A DNA stretch of 64,000 nucleotides from an uncultured Verrucomicrobiae bacterium (GTDB lineage Bacteria; Verrucomicrobiota; Verrucomicrobiia; Palsa-1439): NCBI GenBank assembly GCA_963812605.1, contig CAWEWF010000006.1, positions 160,001 to 224,000 on the forward strand, given 5' to 3'. This document shows, piece after piece, positions 31,806 through 42,377 of this stretch. A program made the position numbers and the translations under genes. The stretch's first letter is position 1, and the number at the start of each line of letters is the position of its first letter. The notes under the pieces were generated by a model that was given only the letters and a program-made list of their open reading frames with translations, had not been told where the DNA came from and searched no databases.

Positions 31806-32544
31806 CCGGCAGGCCAAACAGGTTTTGCTCGGTTACCGATCAGGCACCGACGCGAGCGATCCGCAGATCGCCGAGGCTCTGCGTCAACTCGAGCACGATC
31901 CCGAATTGGCGCTCTGGTTCGCGCAATTACAACGCGCGGATGACACGGTCCGTCGCCAGCTTCGGCAAACGCCCGTCCCTGTCGACCTCAAGCAGCGCAT
32001 TCTCGCCGAGCAGAAAATTGCGTGGCCGGATTTTGGCTGGCGAAAGCCTGTGTTGATGGCCGCGGCGGCAGCGATCATTGTGTTGGGTGTCGTTTCTGTG
32101 TGGGTATCCCGGCAAACTGCCCGGAATGGATTGGAAGCCTATCGTGCGGAAATGGTGCGGTACGTGTCCAGCAGTTATAGCAGCGCGTTCATCAAGGCCA
32201 CGAGTTTCGACGAATTGCGCCAGGTCCTCGCCAGGAAAAATTGGCCGTCTGATTTCATCGTTCCCGACCGTCTCCGGTCCGTCACCGTCATCGGCGGCAG
32301 CGCGGTGGAATGGAACGGCCACAAAGTTGCCCTCGCCTGCATGAAGGAAGGCCGTCATGGCCTCTGGCTGTTCGTCATCGAGAAGTCCGCCTTACGCGAT
32401 GCTCCCGAGACCGAATCGCCGCGGCTCAAGGAGGTCGAAAGCGAACCCACCGCCGTCTGGAGCCAGGATGGCAAGGCCTATCTTTTCACTGTCCAAGGTG
32501 ACGAGGCCTTTCTCAGAAAGTATCTCCCGCCGCTGCCGTCCTAA
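31798..32544 (+). CDS. Membrane anti-sigma factor
   Basis: Overlaps the sigma gene end; cytoplasmic N-terminus, one TM segment, periplasmic domain. Confidence 0.8.
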   Translation: MDSRQAKQVLLGYRSGTDASDPQIAEALRQLEHDPELALWFAQLQRADDTVRRQLRQTPVPVDLKQRILAEQKIAWPDFGWRKPVLMAAAAAIIVLGVVSVWVSRQTARNGLEAYRAEMVRYVSSSYSSAFIKATSFDELRQVLARKNWPSDFIVPDRLRSVTVIGGSAVEWNGHKVALACMKEGRHGLWLFVIEKSALRDAPETESPRLKEVESEPTAVWSQDGKAYLFTVQGDEAFLRKYLPPLPS

Positions 32545-32555
32545 AGAGCGGGTAA

Positions 32556-33095
32556 TTACTGCGCGGCAGACTTTTTAGGGGTCTTCGGGACGCCAGCGGA
32601 AAGATCGACGAATTCCAAGAGCAGCGCATTGGCCTGTTTATCCGATAGGCCAAGCATGTTGTCTGTCACAATTCCGGTCACAAATTTTCCACTTGGCGCT
32701 TGAAACGCGTACTTGCTGTCCACCAGCTTGATCTTGAAGACGCCGGCCTCAGAGCCGCGCTTGATCCCGTCGGCGGTTTCGCGCCAATAACTGGTCTTCG
32801 TTGTATCCCCTGCAAGCCCCCCCGGAATATAGCGGATCTTCACCGGGTCTCCATCCGCCGGATTGGTGCCGTTCAGATCAATGATGGTGAAGATCTGCTT
32901 GGACCCGATTTTTTCCCCGCTCAAGTTGAGAAAGCCGCCCGTAACCGTCGTGACGTATTTATTGTCCGCCGTCCGAAATGCGACCGGCTTCTCTAGCGGT
33001 TCCGGCGCCGCAGTTACGCGAACACCCGCCTGCACGGGAGGAGCGGCAAGAATCCCGATGGCGGCAGTCGCAAGTGCAAGCAGTGCCTTTTTCAT
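32556..33095 (-). CDS. Secreted protein, possible fascin-like beta-trefoil
   Basis: Signal peptide; VAFRTADNKYVT and YAFQAPSGKFVT repeats. Confidence 0.6.
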   Translation of the reverse strand: MKKALLALATAAIGILAAPPVQAGVRVTAAPEPLEKPVAFRTADNKYVTTVTGGFLNLSGEKIGSKQIFTIIDLNGTNPADGDPVKIRYIPGGLAGDTTKTSYWRETADGIKRGSEAGVFKIKLVDSKYAFQAPSGKFVTGIVTDNMLGLSDKQANALLLEFVDLSAGVPKTPKKSAAQ

Positions 33096-33263
33096 ATTCT
33101 CAGCTATCCCGTATTATCCGACGCTGCTTCTGTAAAGTTATTCATCGCCCATGTCAAGTTCAACGAATCCCTGATGTTCCAACAATCTGCCGATTGTCAC
33201 AGACGGCGAGCTTCTTTTGTGGTAGGGTGTCCGCGCAATTCAACATAAGAAAGACTCATTACT

Positions 33264-33656
33264 ATGTATCGACCAAAAGAAGGACCGCGCTTCGATTATC
33301 GCGCGCAAGAAAGCCAGCGGGTCGGCAGTTCCCCCACCCTGACGGACAAATTTCCCCAATTGAAATCCCTGATCGTGAACCTGGGCTATTTCAATTCCAA
33401 GGGCGTCACCAAGAACAGCCAGATCAAATATTCGCCCAATCTCGACCGCGCCAAATCTGTCTTCCGTGTGGATTGTCCCAACGCCGGTTGTATCCGCGGT
33501 GATTTTGACCTGTCGGAGCAACTCGCCAAAGCGGTTCGCGAGCACCGCACCACGGTTACCGCCGAAATGTGCTGTCAGGGCTGGCAAAGCAAGACCACCA
33601 TCGATACGGTCCCCTGCCACAACATTCTGCGCTTTACGCTCAGCCTGGGTTATTGA
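33264..33656 (+). CDS. Cys-rich hypothetical protein
   Basis: CPNAGCIRGDFDL...MCCQGW...PCHN in a clean 130-codon ORF. Confidence 0.7.
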   Translation: MYRPKEGPRFDYRAQESQRVGSSPTLTDKFPQLKSLIVNLGYFNSKGVTKNSQIKYSPNLDRAKSVFRVDCPNAGCIRGDFDLSEQLAKAVREHRTTVTAEMCCQGWQSKTTIDTVPCHNILRFTLSLGY

Positions 33657-33703
33657 AGAAACGGGTGGATCGCTCAACTCAGGGATCGTGTCCGTCGAAG
33701 CCA

Positions 33704-34996
33704 TTATCGACCCCATCGTGACCTGGATCGCGAACCTCGATGACCGCCACGGTGGCCCTGGCCCGAACCACCATGCTCCGAGTGCCCTTGCGCCTGACCC
33801 TGTAGCTTGGACCGATACAATCGCTCATCACCCTCGCCGCCTTGTCCCAGCGGCGCGACGGTTTGATAGTCAAACCCCTCCGCCTTTTTCCGGATGATGC
33901 CGCGACCGATAAATCGCTCCAGCGCCCGCAACGCGCCGTAGTCCGCCCCCGTGACGAAGCTGATCGCGTCTCCCACCGCGTGCGCCCGACCCGTCCGACC
34001 AATGCGATGGACGTAATCCTCGGAGTGCATCGGAAAATCGTAGTTCACCACGTGCGAAATTCCATCCACGTCAATGCCCCGCGCCGCGATATCCGTCGCC
34101 ACCAGCACCCGCACCGCCCCCGACTTGAAATCCTTCAACGCGCGCAAGCGTTGCCCCTGGGAACGGTTCGAGTGGATCGTCGCCGTCCGGATCCCTTTAT
34201 GTTTCAGGTTGTCCGCGAGGCGATCGGCCCCGTGCTTCATGCGCACAAAAATCAGCACCATGTTCATCTGCGGTTCCTTGAGCAAATGCACCAGCAGCGA
34301 CGACTTCAAATGCTTCGGCACTTCATAGACGAACTGCGTCACTGTCTCGGCGGGATTCGCGCGCCGGCCGATCTGCACAATCTTCGGGGCGTGCTGGAAT
34401 TCCCGCGTCACCTGCTCGATGTCGCGCGACAGTGACGCCGAGAAGAGCAGTGTCTGCCGTTTCGTCGGCAGCGCCTTCACGATCCGTCGGATGTCCGGCA
34501 AAAAACCCATGTCGAGCATCCGGTCCGCTTCATCGAGCACCAGGAACTGTAATCCCGAAAAATCCCCGTTCTTCCGCCCCATCAAATCCAGCAATCGCCC
34601 CGGCGTCGCCACCACGATGTCCACTCCGGACCGAAGCGCTTGGATCTGCGGATGTTCGCCTACTCCCCCGTAGACCGTCGCCATGCGCAACGACAAATAC
34701 CGCCCGTAAGCGCGCACGTTCTCCTCGATCTGCACCACCAGTTCGCGCGTCGGCGCCAACACCAGCACGCGGATCCCCCGCCGCTGTCCCGCGCCGATCA
34801 GCCCCGCCAACTTCCCCAAAATCGGCAACACAAACGCCGCCGTCTTCCCCGTCCCCGTCTGCGCGATGCCGATCACATCATGCCCTGCCAAAATCAACGG
34901 GATTGCCGCCGTCTGGATGGGTGTGGGTTCCGTGTACCCCGCAGCTGTAACAGCTTTCAGAATGTTGGCATCAAGACCAAGCGCGCGAAATGGCAT
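33704..34996 (-). CDS. DEAD-box RNA helicase (RhlE-like)
   Basis: AQTGTGKT, PTREL, LDEADRM, HRIGRTGR; G/R-rich tail. Confidence 0.96.
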   Translation of the reverse strand: MPFRALGLDANILKAVTAAGYTEPTPIQTAAIPLILAGHDVIGIAQTGTGKTAAFVLPILGKLAGLIGAGQRRGIRVLVLAPTRELVVQIEENVRAYGRYLSLRMATVYGGVGEHPQIQALRSGVDIVVATPGRLLDLMGRKNGDFSGLQFLVLDEADRMLDMGFLPDIRRIVKALPTKRQTLLFSASLSRDIEQVTREFQHAPKIVQIGRRANPAETVTQFVYEVPKHLKSSLLVHLLKEPQMNMVLIFVRMKHGADRLADNLKHKGIRTATIHSNRSQGQRLRALKDFKSGAVRVLVATDIAARGIDVDGISHVVNYDFPMHSEDYVHRIGRTGRAHAVGDAISFVTGADYGALRALERFIGRGIIRKKAEGFDYQTVAPLGQGGEGDERLYRSKLQGQAQGHSEHGGSGQGHRGGHRGSRSRSRWGR

Positions 34997-35061
34997 AGCC
35001 CCTCATTATATGACCCCGCCACCCCAATAGCACGCCGTTAATATGGGCATGGCACGACGCA

Positions 35062-35810
35062 TTGTAGGGCGACCCTCCCGGTGGCCGTCGTTCACGGCGC
35101 GACCGCTTTACCCCGACTCTGAGGTCGAGGCGGACGCGCCGTTCTTCCCGCTGTTGTCGCCAGGCTTTAGCCTGCGCTGTAGCCACGCCGCCCTGTCGGC
35201 GGGCTGTCTCCGAGTTGTAGGGCGACCGTCCCGGTTGCCGTAGTTCAGGTATCAAAACCGCGCGAAAAACCACCAAATATCCCCTTAAAACCCCTCCAAT
35301 TTGGGTTCGTTTCCGAAAACGAACCCACCGTTTCCGCTCATCATTTTCCGACATAAGCACTTGTTGACGTGTATGATAGATGTAGTTTTTCCCTCCGCAA
35401 AGTTTGGGTTCGTTTCGCAGAAACGTATATATAGGCCCCGAGCTGCACACAGCAGCGAGTCGCGCCGAAGCCTCGGCGAAGGCAGAATTGTTGTAGCATA
35501 GCGTCCTCGCGACAACCAGTATGCCGTAGTGGCGCGGGCGTCTCGCCCGTGTCTTTCCGCCTTCGAGTTGAACAGGCGTCCCGCCTGTACCCTTTCATAA
35601 TTCACGCCCCGACTATACCCCGCCGTAGGATTGTGTCCAGCAAAATATCGATTTACGATAGGCAGTAGACTACCTCACCTGCCAGTGTAGCTGCACTTCC
35701 GTAAAGGGTGGATTGGTTGCTGTAAGCGAAGCGGTGCCAAGAAGCGCTTCTGTCGCACGAAGCACAATGGTCTCACAACGCGGCGCGCCCTACGGACAAC
35801 GCCCTACCAC
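35062..35810. repeat. Intergenic cluster of GTAG-type REP-like palindromes
   Basis: TTGTAGGGCGACC(C/G)TCCCGGT twice (35062, 35215), TGTAGCCACGCCGCC, GTAGTGGCGCGGGCGTCTCGCCCGTG, ACAGGCGTCCCGCCTGT, GCCCTAC. Confidence 0.7.
35302..35424 (-). repeat. AACGAACCC element, copy B (123 bp, inverted relative to A)
   Basis: Minus strand GTTTCTGCGAAACGAACCCAA, 51 nt ending GCTTAT, 25 nt, then TGGGTTCGTT...AACGAACCCA. Confidence 0.85.
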
Positions 35811-35869
35811 CTTTCTTCTTTTGTACGTCTGGCATTTGCGCTAGACTTTACTGTGAACAAGGACACGCA

Positions 35870-36583
35870 ATGAAGAAAAGGGTTTTCATTCTGGCGAACT
35901 CTATCAAACACCATCCGATGAGGTGCATCGCGGGTCGGGAGGTCATCCAAAATGAGAAGGGAGAAATTCAATGGGGTGGTTGGGTTCGACCCGTAACCGA
36001 CCACGACGAAGGCGCGCTCGGATTGGATGAGTGCTGCTATTCGGATGGTAGCAACCCAAAACCGTTGGATGTAGCTGACATTTCTCTTGGTGCTCCCGAG
36101 AATGATCAAATTCAACCCGAGAACTGGTTCATTCAACCGAACTACCGATGGACGAAGGCCAACGAATGGCGAGCAAGCGTCGCGGCACAGCTCGTCGAAG
36201 AGCCAAGAGATCTGTGGCTTGACCCTGATGAGAAAACAGACCGCGTATCCCCCGACTTTCTTAATGACATGTCTCGACGACATTCACTGTATCTTATAAA
36301 ACCGGAGTCGTTTCATTTGAGGGTCGAGACAAAAACTTGGCAAGGAAAGAAGAAGAAGCGAGTTCGCGGTATTGTCTCCTACCGTGGTCAGATGTATGAT
36401 CTCAGCGTGACTGACCCACTCATTGAGAAGAAGTACTGTCCCGATTTTCGCAATGTGCAGGATGGAGATATCCACCTGAAGCACGAAAACCAAAACATAT
36501 TGTGCGTAAGTCTGACACCTGAGTTTGTGGATCAAAAGATGCACTACAAAGTCGTCGCCACCGTCTTGGAGTTGATGCCATGA
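35870..36583 (+). CDS. Dual OB-fold domain protein
   Basis: ILANSIKHHPMRCIAGRE, WVRPV, QPENW, SLYLIKP, YDLSVTDP, CVSL, YKVVATV. Confidence 0.8.
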   Translation: MKKRVFILANSIKHHPMRCIAGREVIQNEKGEIQWGGWVRPVTDHDEGALGLDECCYSDGSNPKPLDVADISLGAPENDQIQPENWFIQPNYRWTKANEWRASVAAQLVEEPRDLWLDPDEKTDRVSPDFLNDMSRRHSLYLIKPESFHLRVETKTWQGKKKKRVRGIVSYRGQMYDLSVTDPLIEKKYCPDFRNVQDGDIHLKHENQNILCVSLTPEFVDQKMHYKVVATVLELMP

Positions 36584-37191
36584 CAACTACTTGTTCCAAG
36601 CCGACGATTTTTACCGTGGGACACTCCACGCTTGAGATTAAAGCATTCATGTCGCTGCTGCAGCAACACGGGATTAAAGCAGTGGCTGACGTTCGGTCGT
36701 CGCCGTACAGCCAGCACAATCCGCAGTTTAACCGCGAGGCTCTGCAAGCGAGTTTACGCACGGCTGCTATCCATTACGTTTTTCTCGGTGACGAACTGGG
36801 AGCGCGACGTTCCGAATCTGACTGCTACGTAAACGGTCAGGCTGAGTATGACCGAATTGCCGGTACGCCTGCATTTAAGCGCGGGCTTAAACGATTGTCT
36901 GACGGCGCAACTCGGATGCGAGTGGCCTTGGTGTGCGCGGAAAAAGACCCCCTTGAATGTCATCGCGCCATTCTAATCTGCAGGCACCTGAAAAGATCTA
37001 TCCCGTCTATCTCTCACATTTTGAGTGGCGGGTCTCTTGAGACTCACGAACAGATGGAAGATCGGCTGTTAGGGCAGTTCAAATTGGCAAGTGGCGACCT
37101 TTTCCGTAACGGCGAGGAAATGCTAAATGCCGCCTACGAACGACAAGGGAAACGCATTGCCCATAAAGAGGAGATTATTCTCCAACGATGA
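36580..37191 (+). CDS. DUF488 family protein
   Basis: IFTVGHS, DVRSSPYS, ELGARR, CAEKDPLECHR. Confidence 0.92.
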   Translation: MTTTCSKPTIFTVGHSTLEIKAFMSLLQQHGIKAVADVRSSPYSQHNPQFNREALQASLRTAAIHYVFLGDELGARRSESDCYVNGQAEYDRIAGTPAFKRGLKRLSDGATRMRVALVCAEKDPLECHRAILICRHLKRSIPSISHILSGGSLETHEQMEDRLLGQFKLASGDLFRNGEEMLNAAYERQGKRIAHKEEIILQR

Positions 37192-37652
37192 GCACACAAG
37201 TCGCAACGAGCGTGATTGAGTTGTTTACGATTGGCTTCACAAAAAAATCGGCTCGTGAGTTCTTCACGAAACTGAAGGAGACCGGCGTTCAACGACTGGT
37301 TGATATTCGTCTCAATAACACATCACAGCTAGCTGGCTTCGCAAAAAAGGAAGACCTTGCCTACTTTCTCCACGAAATTGGCGGCATCGAATACGTGCAT
37401 TTTCCGGACTTGGCGCCCACGCAGGATATCCTCGACGCTTATAAGAAGCGGAAGGGCGACTGGCAGACATACGAAACTCAGTTCCTAAAGTTAATGGTTG
37501 AGAGGCAAGTCGAGAATACCGTGCCTAAGGGGCTACTTGATCGAGGCTGCCTTCTCTGTAGCGAGGAAAAACCACATCATTGTCATCGTCGCTTAGTGGC
37601 CGAATATTTGGCGGCCAAGTGGGGGAATGTCCGGATTACACATCTTGTGTGA
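37188..37652 (+). CDS. Second DUF488 family protein (different subfamily)
   Basis: FTIGFTKKSA, DIRLNNTSQLAGFAK, CLLCSEEKPHHCHRRLVAEYL. Confidence 0.92.
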   Translation: MSTQVATSVIELFTIGFTKKSAREFFTKLKETGVQRLVDIRLNNTSQLAGFAKKEDLAYFLHEIGGIEYVHFPDLAPTQDILDAYKKRKGDWQTYETQFLKLMVERQVENTVPKGLLDRGCLLCSEEKPHHCHRRLVAEYLAAKWGNVRITHLV

Positions 37653-38040
37653 CTTTGCCTCCAGACCAGCATCTATTTCGTGTGTCTTATACGATCCTGC
37701 GAAGCAGTCTCATTCGCACTCAGGAAACTTTCTAACGGAAGAATCTTGTCGAGTTCATTATGCGCATATGTTTCCGAATTCCTTTGAAGCACATCAGAGA
37801 GGGTGGCAGAGAGGGCGACAATGGAGTCAGGTCTCAACATCAAACAAATCGGTCTCTAGCTCGCCGACCACCCGCCTCAGCTTCTGGTCATGTCGCGTTC
37901 GCCAACCCGCGCATCCGCCAAAGAGAATTTCCACCGATTCACCCGCCCCAAAAACAAACAGAGAGGCCAGATTGGCCTCTCCGTTCTCCGGGCCTTCGTG
38001 AGCAACGAAGCCCGTGTCTGTTGGATCGCCCTCTATCGAA

Positions 38041-38340
38041 TTAGCGGGCGGCAACGTGTTCTTGCGCGTGTTCCGGCAAACCGAACGCGTGTTCTGTGTT
38101 GATCTGGAAGTACTCGTTCTTGGCTGCCTTCGACGTTAGCGGTTCGAGAAACCGCTTCAGGTTGTCCAGCGAGTCCGCTTCCCACACGCAATCGGCCCGG
38201 CGACCGTCCATGCTGGGCAAATAGTAAAGCGGCTTCAATCCTTTCGGCAACCTCCCCTGTTCGACCATCGGGCCGATCTGGCTCGTGGTCTCCTCCCACT
38301 TTTTGGGATCCGTGATGCTGTGATGAATCGCGACAAACAT
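38041..38340 (-). CDS. Small hypothetical protein, possible ferredoxin-like alpha/beta fold
   Basis: RBS AAGGAG; MFVAIHHSITDP...CVWEADS. Confidence 0.75.
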   Translation of the reverse strand: MFVAIHHSITDPKKWEETTSQIGPMVEQGRLPKGLKPLYYLPSMDGRRADCVWEADSLDNLKRFLEPLTSKAAKNEYFQINTEHAFGLPEHAQEHVAAR

Positions 38341-38509
38341 GACCCATACTCCTTTCGGTTAGAGTTAACTGCCTTTCGCCATCGCGGTACGATTCCTACC
38401 GCTCCCCTGGCATTCTAAAAAAATGCTAGCACACCTCGCGGTGATTGCAAAAAATAATTTGTGAAATCTCCCGGCGATATTTCGCCGGCCTCCCCCATTC
38501 AACAGCCCG

Positions 38510-40140
38510 TCAGGGAATCGCAAACACCTGATACTCGGCAAAAGAATATTGGCCACTGAACGGGATGGATTTAATCAACCGGGCATTGGGCGGGATCGGC
38601 ATGACGTTGGGTCTGGCGACCAATCCAGCGCCGTCTGGGGACCTGAAATAATAGTTGCTGCTCCTTAATAACAAACCGGGCTTGAGCGGATGGCCGTCAT
38701 ACAATCGCACGGTGTCCGCTGGAAGGCCCGTTCGTTGATAGATCCGGGGATCGATTTTCCCGAAGAACAGCGGGTAAACATACAATTGCGGTTTGAGCTC
38801 TTTTGTTGATCAGCTCGCCATAGGGCGTATAGGTCGAACCGGAGATGTATAAAACCTGATGGGCGTCGAGGTGCGCAAAGCAGTATTCGAACGCGTCAGT
38901 CAATTCGGTTTGGAATACCTGGGGATCCCGGGTCTGGTACGCGCCAAAGTAATCCCGCATGTACACGGCCATCTCCAGCGCCCCGGCGCAAACAATGAAG
39001 AGCAGCAGCTTTCGCCAGGGTCCTCGACGCTGCCAAAGCCACTGGGCCCCGAGGACGGCCAGCAGCAACCAAAAGATCACGGCATACACGCAGCGAGTGC
39101 TGTGCATTCGATCCACGGTAAGCGCGGCGGATACCGGCGAAACCAGAACGCCAGTCAATATGATTCGGTGGAATGCGCGCTGTCGCCAGTAACGAATCGC
39201 GACGTAGAGTCCGGTGAGAATCAAAGGCGCGAGGCACCAGTATAATTCTCCCCCATGCCCGGTATGGTGGCGCACTTCCTGGTCGCCGGAAATGAAAAGA
39301 AACTGGGGACTGAAGTAGTCCCGGTAATGGCTGGTCACACTCACCATCGTCTCCCGCCAGGAAGTGGCTCCGCTGGTGACGCTTACTTGATGAAACCGCG
39401 CCGTCAGGCCCTCCGGATGTCGCAGGACATAGGCCATGAGCGGCAATAAGACGATGATCGCGGAAACCATCATTACCGCGATCACTCGCCAACGCTGGAC
39501 CAACGGACGCCATAGTCCAATGACGCAACCAATTGCCAGCAGCACAAAAACCGGTTGGAAGCTCTGGTGCGTGTAAAAGGTGAGCGCCCAAATAGTGCCT
39601 GCCAGCATCGCTCTCCCATTGGATCGTCGACGCAACGCGGAACTGGTCAGTAGCAGACCCGTTATCAATCCCAGCAATGCGGCGATATGTCCCGCAAACG
39701 AGCCACCCCGACTCAGGGGAAAGACCCAGGGAATAACCGACAAGAGGAAGCCTCCGGCCAGGGCAAAGGACGCTTCAAAACGCCAGTGGCGAAGCAACAT
39801 TGAAAAAGCGGCGCACGCCAGCAGGCAATACAAGATGGTCGGCAACCGAGCCGCCCACTTTTCGAGACCAAATAGCTGGATGGGAAGCACCGCCGAATAA
39901 ACGTCTGCGGGGTCGCAATAGACATCCCAACTCCGGAAAAACAGCGGCCAGGAAGTTCCGTACTCGTCGGCGCCCGTTTGTGAAATGCAGTAGGCATTGT
40001 ACGCGATAGAACACTCATCCACAGTGAAGCCGCGTGGCGCCGTTTCGATCCTCCAGAAATGCAAAAACGCGCCGTACCGATCGTTACCACAAGCGCGAAA
40101 ACAAAGAGGCGCTCGCTAATCAGGGTCTGTCGGCATCGGC
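38510..40140 (-). CDS. ArnT/GT39-like membrane glycosyltransferase; frameshifts near 38790 and 40070, start uncertain
   Basis: DECSIAYNAYCISQTGADEYG, FSPQFLFISGD..RHH; many TM segments. Confidence 0.8.
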
Positions 40141-40236
40141 ACTTTTCTCAAACGGATGGGAGGTTGTCGGGTCGGCGTTTTCTATCGCGAACGCTCCCTC
40201 TCGGCCCCTTGCATCTTCCGATCCCCATCCACTCCG

Positions 40237-40287
40237 TCACACCCACACCTGCCGATCCAGCGTACGATACTGGATGGCTTCGGAAAT
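40237..40287 (-). pseudogene. comM: Duplicated 3' end of comM (16 codons + stop)
   Basis: [16 protein letters not shown]; 48/51 nt identical to 40795-40845 by manual comparison. Confidence 0.9.
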
Positions 40288-40350
40288 CCTGGTTTCGGGT
40301 TTGAGGCTGCATTTTGCCTGCCATTGATTGACACTTTCAACGGCTCACTC

Positions 40351-40708
40351 CTACCTCGCCGGCCATGTGTGTCCCACAATGATTGCGGCACAAAACGAAA
40401 TTAGCGTTAGCCCAAACAGAGTAAAGTATCCGACGTAGTACCATTTCATGATTACACATATGGACGTTATTGCACTGTCATTTATGGCAATATAACGCCC
40501 AGACAATACAAATCTTACTATGCTCCAACCATGGTGAAATACAGACGGATAAGCCAATTCCCTCCACGTCTGAAGGTGACGCCGCCGTAAGGTATGCAAA
40601 AAATACTCCGGTTAGAATGACCCCCACGATCCACGCCACGGAATTCAGTACGATACCAACAACCGTTGATAGTATAAGCAAGTCGGCAACGTGCAGACTA
40701 GCTACCAT
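40351..40708 (-). CDS. Small AT-rich membrane protein (cargo), probably frameshifted
   Basis: Hydrophobic segments in ORFs 40478-40708 and 40351-40599. Confidence 0.45.
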
Positions 40709-40794
40709 ACGTCCTCATCTGTTGGTGTTGCTGATTTGGGGTCATGCTGAAATGGGGTCACGCCCTAATCATTGCAACAATTGTCCTTCCATCG

Positions 40795-42315
40795 TCACAC
40801 CCACAACTGCCGATCCAGCGTGCGGTACTGGATGGCTTCGGAAATATGCTGGGATTGAATGCGCTCGGAACCATCCAGGTCCGCCACCGTCCGGGACACC
40901 TTCAAAATGCGGTCGTAGGCGCGGGCGCTCAAATTCAGTTCCGTCATCGCCATCTTCAGCAATTGCTGGCTTTCCTCGTCGAGTTTGCAGAATTCCTTGA
41001 TTTCTTTCGGCGACATACGTGAGTTCGTCTTCTTAAAACGCTCGCGCTGGATGACTCGCGCCGACTCGACGCGCGCGCGGATTTTCTCCGAATGTTCGCC
41101 CGTCCCCTCGCCCGCCATCTCCTTGTACTTCACGGCTGGAACCTCCACGTGGATGTCAATGCGGTCGAGCAGCGGCCCGGAAATCTTGTTGCGATATTTC
41201 GTAATCATGTTCGGTGAGCACCGGCATTCGCGCTTCGGATCGCCGTAGAATCCACAGGGACACGGATTCATGGCGGCCACCAGCATCACGTTCGCGGGAA
41301 AGGTCATCGTGCCGCTGGCGCGCGAGATCACGACGCGGCCTTCTTCCAGCGGCTCGCGCAACGCCTCGAGCACGTCGCGGTGGAATTCCGGCAATTCATC
41401 GAGGAACAGCACGCCGTTGTGCGCGAGGCTGATCTCGCCGGGCGTCAGGTTCGCCGTTCCGCCGAGCAGGCCCGCATTGCTCGTCGTGTGGTGGGGCGAA
41501 CGGAACGGACGCGTGGCGACCAGCGCCTGTCCCTTCGGCAACAACCCGAGAATGCTGTGGATCTTCGTCGTCTCCAGCGCTTCGTCGAGATTCGAATTGG
41601 GAAGAACGGTCGGAACGCGTCTGGCCAGCAACGTCTTGCCGCTGCCCGGCGGACCGATCATCAAAATATTGTGGCCGCCCGCCGCCGCGACTTCCAGCGC
41701 GCGTTTCACATGTTCCTGCCCTTTGACATCGACAAAATCAACGTCGTAGCTGCGCTGTTCCTGGAAAATCTTCTTGGGATCTTCGCGAAACGGATGCAGT
41801 TCCCGTTTGCCGGCCAGGAACTCCGCGACCTCGCGCAGATTTTTTGCCGGATACACGTCGATGCCCTGGACCACTGCCGCTTCGGGCGCGTTGTCGGCGG
41901 GAACGATCAGCCCACGCTTCTTCTGTTCGCGCGCGCAAAGCGCAATCGGCAGCACACCGTTGACGCTGCGGACTTCGCCGCTGAGCGCGAGTTCACCCAC
42001 GATGGTATAATCGTCGAGGTCTTTGGCCACGATCTGCTCGCTCACCGCAAGAATTCCCACGGCAATCGGCAGATCAAAACTCGGCCCTTCCTTTTTCACA
42101 TCCGCCGGAGCGAGGTTGATCGTCGTCCGGCCCATGACGTACTTGAACCCGCTGTTCTCGATGGCGGTCTTCACGCGGTCGCGCGACTCCTTCACCGCCG
42201 CATCCGGCAACCCGACGATGATGACCGCCGGCTGCCCCCAACCCGCGTTCACCTCAATTTCAATGGGATAGGAATCGATGCCGAGGACCGCCGCGGAATG
42301 AACTTTGGCAAGCAT
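40795..42315 (-). CDS. comM: ComM/YifB Mg-chelatase-like AAA+ helicase, intact
   Basis: [60 protein letters not shown]. Confidence 0.96.
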   Translation of the reverse strand: MLAKVHSAAVLGIDSYPIEIEVNAGWGQPAVIIVGLPDAAVKESRDRVKTAIENSGFKYVMGRTTINLAPADVKKEGPSFDLPIAVGILAVSEQIVAKDLDDYTIVGELALSGEVRSVNGVLPIALCAREQKKRGLIVPADNAPEAAVVQGIDVYPAKNLREVAEFLAGKRELHPFREDPKKIFQEQRSYDVDFVDVKGQEHVKRALEVAAAGGHNILMIGPPGSGKTLLARRVPTVLPNSNLDEALETTKIHSILGLLPKGQALVATRPFRSPHHTTSNAGLLGGTANLTPGEISLAHNGVLFLDELPEFHRDVLEALREPLEEGRVVISRASGTMTFPANVMLVAAMNPCPCGFYGDPKRECRCSPNMITKYRNKISGPLLDRIDIHVEVPAVKYKEMAGEGTGEHSEKIRARVESARVIQRERFKKTNSRMSPKEIKEFCKLDEESQQLLKMAMTELNLSARAYDRILKVSRTVADLDGSERIQSQHISEAIQYRTLDRQLWV

Positions 42316-42377
42316 GACCGCAAGTAATAGTCGAATGCCCGGTCGTAAGTCGAACGAGTTTTGTGAGGAAGCCTGTA

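Noticed and set aside
35040-35810. Repeat-rich intergenic region as a CRISPR array or integron attC array
   Set aside because: Units are heterogeneous palindromes without constant repeat/spacer periodicity; no cas or intI gene in the window
36826-36834. Partial TACGTAAA match to the candidate operator
   Set aside because: Lacks the TTT half-site and lies inside a coding region
37745-37770. TGCGCATAATG (minus strand) resembling the XerC arm of dif
   Set aside because: No XerD-like arm follows
37660-38000. Short minus-strand open stretches after the DUF488 operon
   Set aside because: No recognisable motif or credible start; at most a decayed remnant
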